Virus record (IMG/VR): IMGVR_UViG_3300036766_000780 | From: an uncultured virus (IMG/VR IMGVR_UViG_3300036766_000780) | Lineage: Duplodnaviria; Heunggongvirae; Uroviricota; Caudoviricetes | Length of the DNA: 20,000 bases | Strand: one strand, 5' to 3' | Shown: piece after piece, positions 16,370 through 20,000 of the stretch | How positions within the stretch are numbered: position 1 is the first letter of the stretch | Layout: every line of letters starts with the position of its first letter | Program-made: the position numbers and the translations under genes | The notes under the pieces: model-generated | Told to the model about the DNA's origin: nothing | What the model saw: only the letters and a program-made list of their open reading frames with translations | Databases searched by the model: none

Positions 16370-17080
16370 TTATATTTCGCATAAACCGTTGAAACAATCG
16401 TTGTCATCTTTTCCTGTTTTAGATTCAATTTGTTTTCTTTTCAATGCTCTTTGTTCTTTCCTCTCTAATTTTAGAATACGCTTATTTTCTTTTTCTTGCA
16501 AATGTTTTTTATATTCTTTTTTCCATTCTTTTTCTTTTTCTTCACCATATTCTGAATATTCAAGAGATCTTTGATTTTGCCAATAATGAGAATATCTAAA
16601 ATTTTCTTCGTATTTATGTGTTTTATCAAAATGTTCTCTCCATTTATTTCTAATGAAATTTTCTTCATTTGTTTTTATTCTATGACAGCTAGATTTCCCG
16701 TTATTTTGCTTTAACGGAGTACTGCATAAAACTTGCAGATTAGAAACATCGCAAAATACACCCCTAACAGTTTCATCCCAACTCATTTCTTCATCAGATT
16801 TGTGTAATTTAGTCACAGGCTCTATATGGTCCACTTGGACCTGTTTTTGAGAAAATAACTCTTGACAGATGGCACAACGATACCTAACTCTTGGTTTTTT
16901 ACCAGGAGTACCATCTTTCTTTAAATCTGGAGGGAGTTCTACTCTAGCTTTATTAAGGACCTCTTTCATTTGAGGTGAAAGTCTAAAAGTTCGCCTGATA
17001 GCTCCTTTTATTCTTCCTCTTTCCTCAACCCATCGTCCGTTAGAATCGTAGAGAGAGCTTTCTTTTTTGGTTTTAGCCAT
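16370..17080 (-). CDS. HNH endonuclease
   Basis: YRCAIC...QVDHIEP...NLQVLC...CH..KT; likely start MAKTKK at 17080; charged C-terminal tail. Confidence 0.82.
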   Translation of the reverse strand: MAKTKKESSLYDSNGRWVEERGRIKGAIRRTFRLSPQMKEVLNKARVELPPDLKKDGTPGKKPRVRYRCAICQELFSQKQVQVDHIEPVTKLHKSDEEMSWDETVRGVFCDVSNLQVLCSTPLKQNNGKSSCHRIKTNEENFIRNKWREHFDKTHKYEENFRYSHYWQNQRSLEYSEYGEEKEKEWKKEYKKHLQEKENKRILKLERKEQRALKRKQIESKTGKDDNDCFNGLCEI

Positions 17081-17558
17081 TTGAAAACGGACCATTCTTT
17101 TCTTCAAGTAGTAGACTTAGATAAGAAATTTTCATTTTTAAAGCCTTAAGGGCATCGGAATAAGATCCGCTAAGCTCTCCAAGCCTATCTTTTTGAGTTT
17201 TAAGCTCCTCATCTTCTTTTTTAGCTAATTCCGCACCCTCTAATAGCTTAGTATAGCCTAACATCACGGTATCTAATTCTTGTTTAGATACGTTTTGGTC
17301 AATGAGTTTCTTAATTTTGGTCAATGTAGATTTTAATTCTTTGATCTTATCATCATGAGGCTTTGATAATTTAGCAATTTCTTCTTTTGTGGCTAATATG
17401 TCTTTATCAACTTTTTGAGCTACATAGGTTTCTTCTCTGTATTTAGAATACATGAGTAGGTTTTTGTCTAGATCCTCTAAAGATAGCCCGTCTACGGATT
17501 CTGTAAAAGCTGGCATTTCTTTTTGTGCTTTTTTAATAAATAAATCTCTGTCTTGCAT
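17073..17558 (-). CDS. Coiled-coil protein with internal two-fold duplication
   Basis: Start revised to ATG 17558 (AGGAG SD); two similar helical units of about 65 aa. Confidence 0.68.
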   Translation of the reverse strand: MQDRDLFIKKAQKEMPAFTESVDGLSLEDLDKNLLMYSKYREETYVAQKVDKDILATKEEIAKLSKPHDDKIKELKSTLTKIKKLIDQNVSKQELDTVMLGYTKLLEGAELAKKEDEELKTQKDRLGELSGSYSDALKALKMKISYLSLLLEEKNGPFSNG

Positions 17559-17562
17559 TTTT

Positions 17563-17910
17563 CTACTCCTTGTAGTCAAATTTAGGTAATTTTTTCAAAC
17601 ATTCTTTATTATTCAAATGTAATATAATTGATTCTATTATGCATACTATCCTCTGTTCTTCTTGACTTATCTGTTTATTACGTTTCCCGATACAAATAGG
17701 AAAACTTTTATGTACAAAGATAGTTTTAGCTCCAGCTACTATATTTAATAAATCAGTTTCATCCATCAAATAGTCTGATTTTGTCAGATGTATATATTTA
17801 TCTAATAATACCACTAAACTCTTTCTTTTGTCTTCTTCTGTTTGGTTTTCTATATCAGTAAAAAAAGATTCCATATCAACCTTTAATCTATTCTCTAAAT
17901 CAGATGACAT
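17563..17910 (-). CDS. Hypothetical protein
   Basis: 115 aa ORF overlapping the ATPase stop, AGGA SD. Confidence 0.65.
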   Translation of the reverse strand: MSSDLENRLKVDMESFFTDIENQTEEDKRKSLVVLLDKYIHLTKSDYLMDETDLLNIVAGAKTIFVHKSFPICIGKRNKQISQEEQRIVCIIESIILHLNNKECLKKLPKFDYKE

Positions 17911-19963
17911 TTTGAATCCTACTGGTTTCGCCGTTTCTAATTACTGTTATAGTGTCGTTTATCATTGCTTTTAATTCAGTACTGTGATCTACGATTATTA
18001 TCTTCTTATTAGTATCAATTTCAGTTAGCATTTGTACGCATCTTTCTATGGAAACGGCATCCAGTCCTACAAAGGGTTCGTCTAAAATGAAGAAGTCGGC
18101 ACCCTTCCCTGCCTTAGATTCTATCATGTCAATAACAGCCATGTCAACGGCTAAATCAACCGCCGTTCTTTCTCCACCAGATAAAGTCTTAATGTTTATC
18201 TCATTATCTCCATCCATATTAATTATAGCATTTACTTCGTCTTTTATCTTACCGTTTTTATTCTCTTTACATCCTTCAAAATATATACTTGCGTTAACCA
18301 TATTAGGTATATTATTAAGCATATTTGAAGCATAAGATCCTATATAATCTAGGCTATCTTGAAACATTTGCAGCATATAGGATTTGACAAATCTCTTGCT
18401 TTCTTCTGCTATAGATATATTATCGTTTAATTCCAATATTCTACTTTCGCTATTGTTTACTAAAATAGACTTATTAAGTATTGAGTTTTTAAGGGTTTCT
18501 ATCTCATTCTTATATATAGAAAGAGATATTTCATAATTTTTAAGTTCTGATTTTGAATTATTTAGATTTATTTTTTTAGATGATATCGAATCTTTAATAT
18601 CATTTATAGTTTTTTCTTTGGCTTTTCTAATATCAGAAATAGTCTTTTCATAGTTTAATACGTCGGATTTATATTTATTATCATTTTGAATCTCTACGTT
18701 CTTTAATTCAGATTTAATGTTTATTAGATTTTCCGTTAATGCTGATATGTCTTTATTAAATGTAGACAAATAATCTTTAGAATCTAAAAGTTGAATATTT
18801 TCTGTTACGTCTTTTTTTAAAGATAAAAGGTTTTGTTCTTCTGATATGGTATTTTTTAATGATAATAAATCTTTAATTTTTAAATCTATAGAAGATTGTA
18901 TATCGGATATTTTTTGATTAGCGGAGTCTCCTATCCATTTCTGCATACAGGTAGGACATTTTTGAGATTCTAGATGATCCTTATGGATTTTTAATCCTTT
19001 TACGTCTTCTGATATTCTAGTTATTTTATCTTTTGAATTTTTTATATCGTTTAGACCATTAGACGCTTTTTCTAATCCTAATCTAAGTCCTTCTTTTTCT
19101 TTAAGTATTTCGTTTACTTTTGTTTTCTTGTCATTTTCTAATTTTCCTATCTGTTGCTCTATCATTATCATCTTAGATGAATAATATTCTTTATTGTTTA
19201 TGTTTTCTTTTATCGGTTTATTTATTAAAGATATATCATTGTTTATCTCGTTATTTACAAGAATCAGGGACATATCTAGATCATACAGTTCTTTTCCTAA
19301 TCTATCGACTACATCTCTATCTACAGAACATTTTGGTTCAATCTTACTGCTAAGTATAGATTCTATTTCAATTTTAGATGATTTTATATTATCTGATTCC
19401 GACTGAATCCTTAAAAGCTCTTCTTTAAATTTCTTAACATCTTCGTCTATTTTATCTGATCTTTCCGACCAAATATCTAATCCAAGCATTTTTATAAGAA
19501 AATCGAAGGATTCTTTAGCGGTTAAATTAAGAAAAAAACCGCCCTCCTTCTGTTTCTTGTGTATCATTTTTTTGAATAAATTCCTAGGTATTCCTAGTAT
19601 TTGATCCATCTTTTCTTCAGATAGGGATATACTTCCTTCTGCTATTTCTCCATTGATGTTTACGGATAAAGAACCCTTTCCTCTTGAAACGATAACGTTT
19701 TTACCATCTATATCGAATTCTCCTGTTACTTTGATTGGTGATTTAGATAATCTAGCCTGAAGTGAGTTTGAAGGCGTATCGTTTATTCCAAATAGATAAT
19801 CTAGGGCATGAAATACGGTAGATTTACCAGAACCAGAAGATCCTCCTGTGTTTTCGTTTTTACCGTCTACTTGTATTAGTTTGGTTCTATTTGAAAAATC
19901 AATAGATTGTTCTTCTGTAAATCTGCCTATATTGACGAAGGTAAGCCTAAGAAGCTTGATCAT
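17900..19963 (-). CDS. sbcC: SbcC/Rad50/gp46-like recombination ATPase
   Basis: Walker A with insertion GKNENTGGSSGSGKS, central zinc hook CPTC between coiled coils, signature LSGGE, Walker B FFILDEPF, H-loop VDH. Confidence 0.92.
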   Translation of the reverse strand: MIKLLRLTFVNIGRFTEEQSIDFSNRTKLIQVDGKNENTGGSSGSGKSTVFHALDYLFGINDTPSNSLQARLSKSPIKVTGEFDIDGKNVIVSRGKGSLSVNINGEIAEGSISLSEEKMDQILGIPRNLFKKMIHKKQKEGGFFLNLTAKESFDFLIKMLGLDIWSERSDKIDEDVKKFKEELLRIQSESDNIKSSKIEIESILSSKIEPKCSVDRDVVDRLGKELYDLDMSLILVNNEINNDISLINKPIKENINNKEYYSSKMIMIEQQIGKLENDKKTKVNEILKEKEGLRLGLEKASNGLNDIKNSKDKITRISEDVKGLKIHKDHLESQKCPTCMQKWIGDSANQKISDIQSSIDLKIKDLLSLKNTISEEQNLLSLKKDVTENIQLLDSKDYLSTFNKDISALTENLINIKSELKNVEIQNDNKYKSDVLNYEKTISDIRKAKEKTINDIKDSISSKKINLNNSKSELKNYEISLSIYKNEIETLKNSILNKSILVNNSESRILELNDNISIAEESKRFVKSYMLQMFQDSLDYIGSYASNMLNNIPNMVNASIYFEGCKENKNGKIKDEVNAIINMDGDNEINIKTLSGGERTAVDLAVDMAVIDMIESKAGKGADFFILDEPFVGLDAVSIERCVQMLTEIDTNKKIIIVDHSTELKAMINDTITVIRNGETSRIQNVI

Positions 19964-19967
19964 TACC

Positions 19968-20000
19968 TTATTCCTTAGATAGTTTTTCTTGTTCTTTTAA
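19968..20000 (-). CDS. 3' end of an upstream gene (...LKEQEKLSKE*)
   Basis: Open frame from the window edge to TAA just upstream of the ATPase start; too short to identify. Confidence 0.4.
   Translation of the reverse strand, partial: LKEQEKLSKE

Noticed and set aside
14674..16668. Alternate-frame minus ORFs 14674-14895 and 16471-16668
   Set aside because: They overlap better-supported genes and show no recognisable motifs.
3050..19406. All plus-strand ORFs in the track (e.g. 3050-3244, 10324-10569, 14946-15272, 18048-18335)
   Set aside because: Short antisense shadows inside well-supported minus-strand genes, S/L/F-rich with no motifs.
1..20000. Alternative genetic code (stop recoding)
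   Set aside because: Long genes are intact in code 11, and TAA, TAG and TGA all occur at sensible gene ends next to the following SD/start.
1..20000. tRNA, CRISPR array or structured ncRNA
   Set aside because: Largest intergenic gap is 78 bp and is explained by terminator and promoter; no repeat arrays seen.
1..20000. Apparent abundance of TCTAGA/AGATCT/CTAG sites
   Set aside because: Noticed by eye only; may simply reflect CTA/AGA/GAT/TCT codon usage and needs a Markov-model count.

Overview
AT-rich (roughly 30% GC by eye), very gene-dense segment of a large tailed dsDNA phage genome. All credible genes are on the minus strand, tightly coupled, mostly with GGAG-type SD sites, in the standard genetic code. 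Reading right to left it is a replication/recombination block: SbcC/gp46-like ATPase, two coiled-coil/helical proteins, HNH nuclease; then a promoter-to-terminator unit (unknown 316 aa protein, divergent Gre-factor-like protein, T5 A1-like metallophosphoesterase nuclease); then a coiled-coil protein, a stand-alone sigma70 region 4-like protein, a DnaQ-like exonuclease that apparently starts at ATT, DnaE-type Pol III alpha with a degenerate PHP domain, a minimal signal-peptide-bearing S8 protease, gp32-like SSB, UvsY-like protein, RecA/UvsX, a second DEDDh exonuclease, a Zn-finger endonuclease with its own promoter, an unannotated 38 aa ORF and two different nucleotidyltransferases in tandem. 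Most interesting: the candidate host-takeover unit (Gre-like protein lacking the canonical acidic tip + A1-like DNase, with a sigma4-like protein nearby) and the ATT-initiated proofreading gene. All family assignments come from motif recognition by eye, with no database search.
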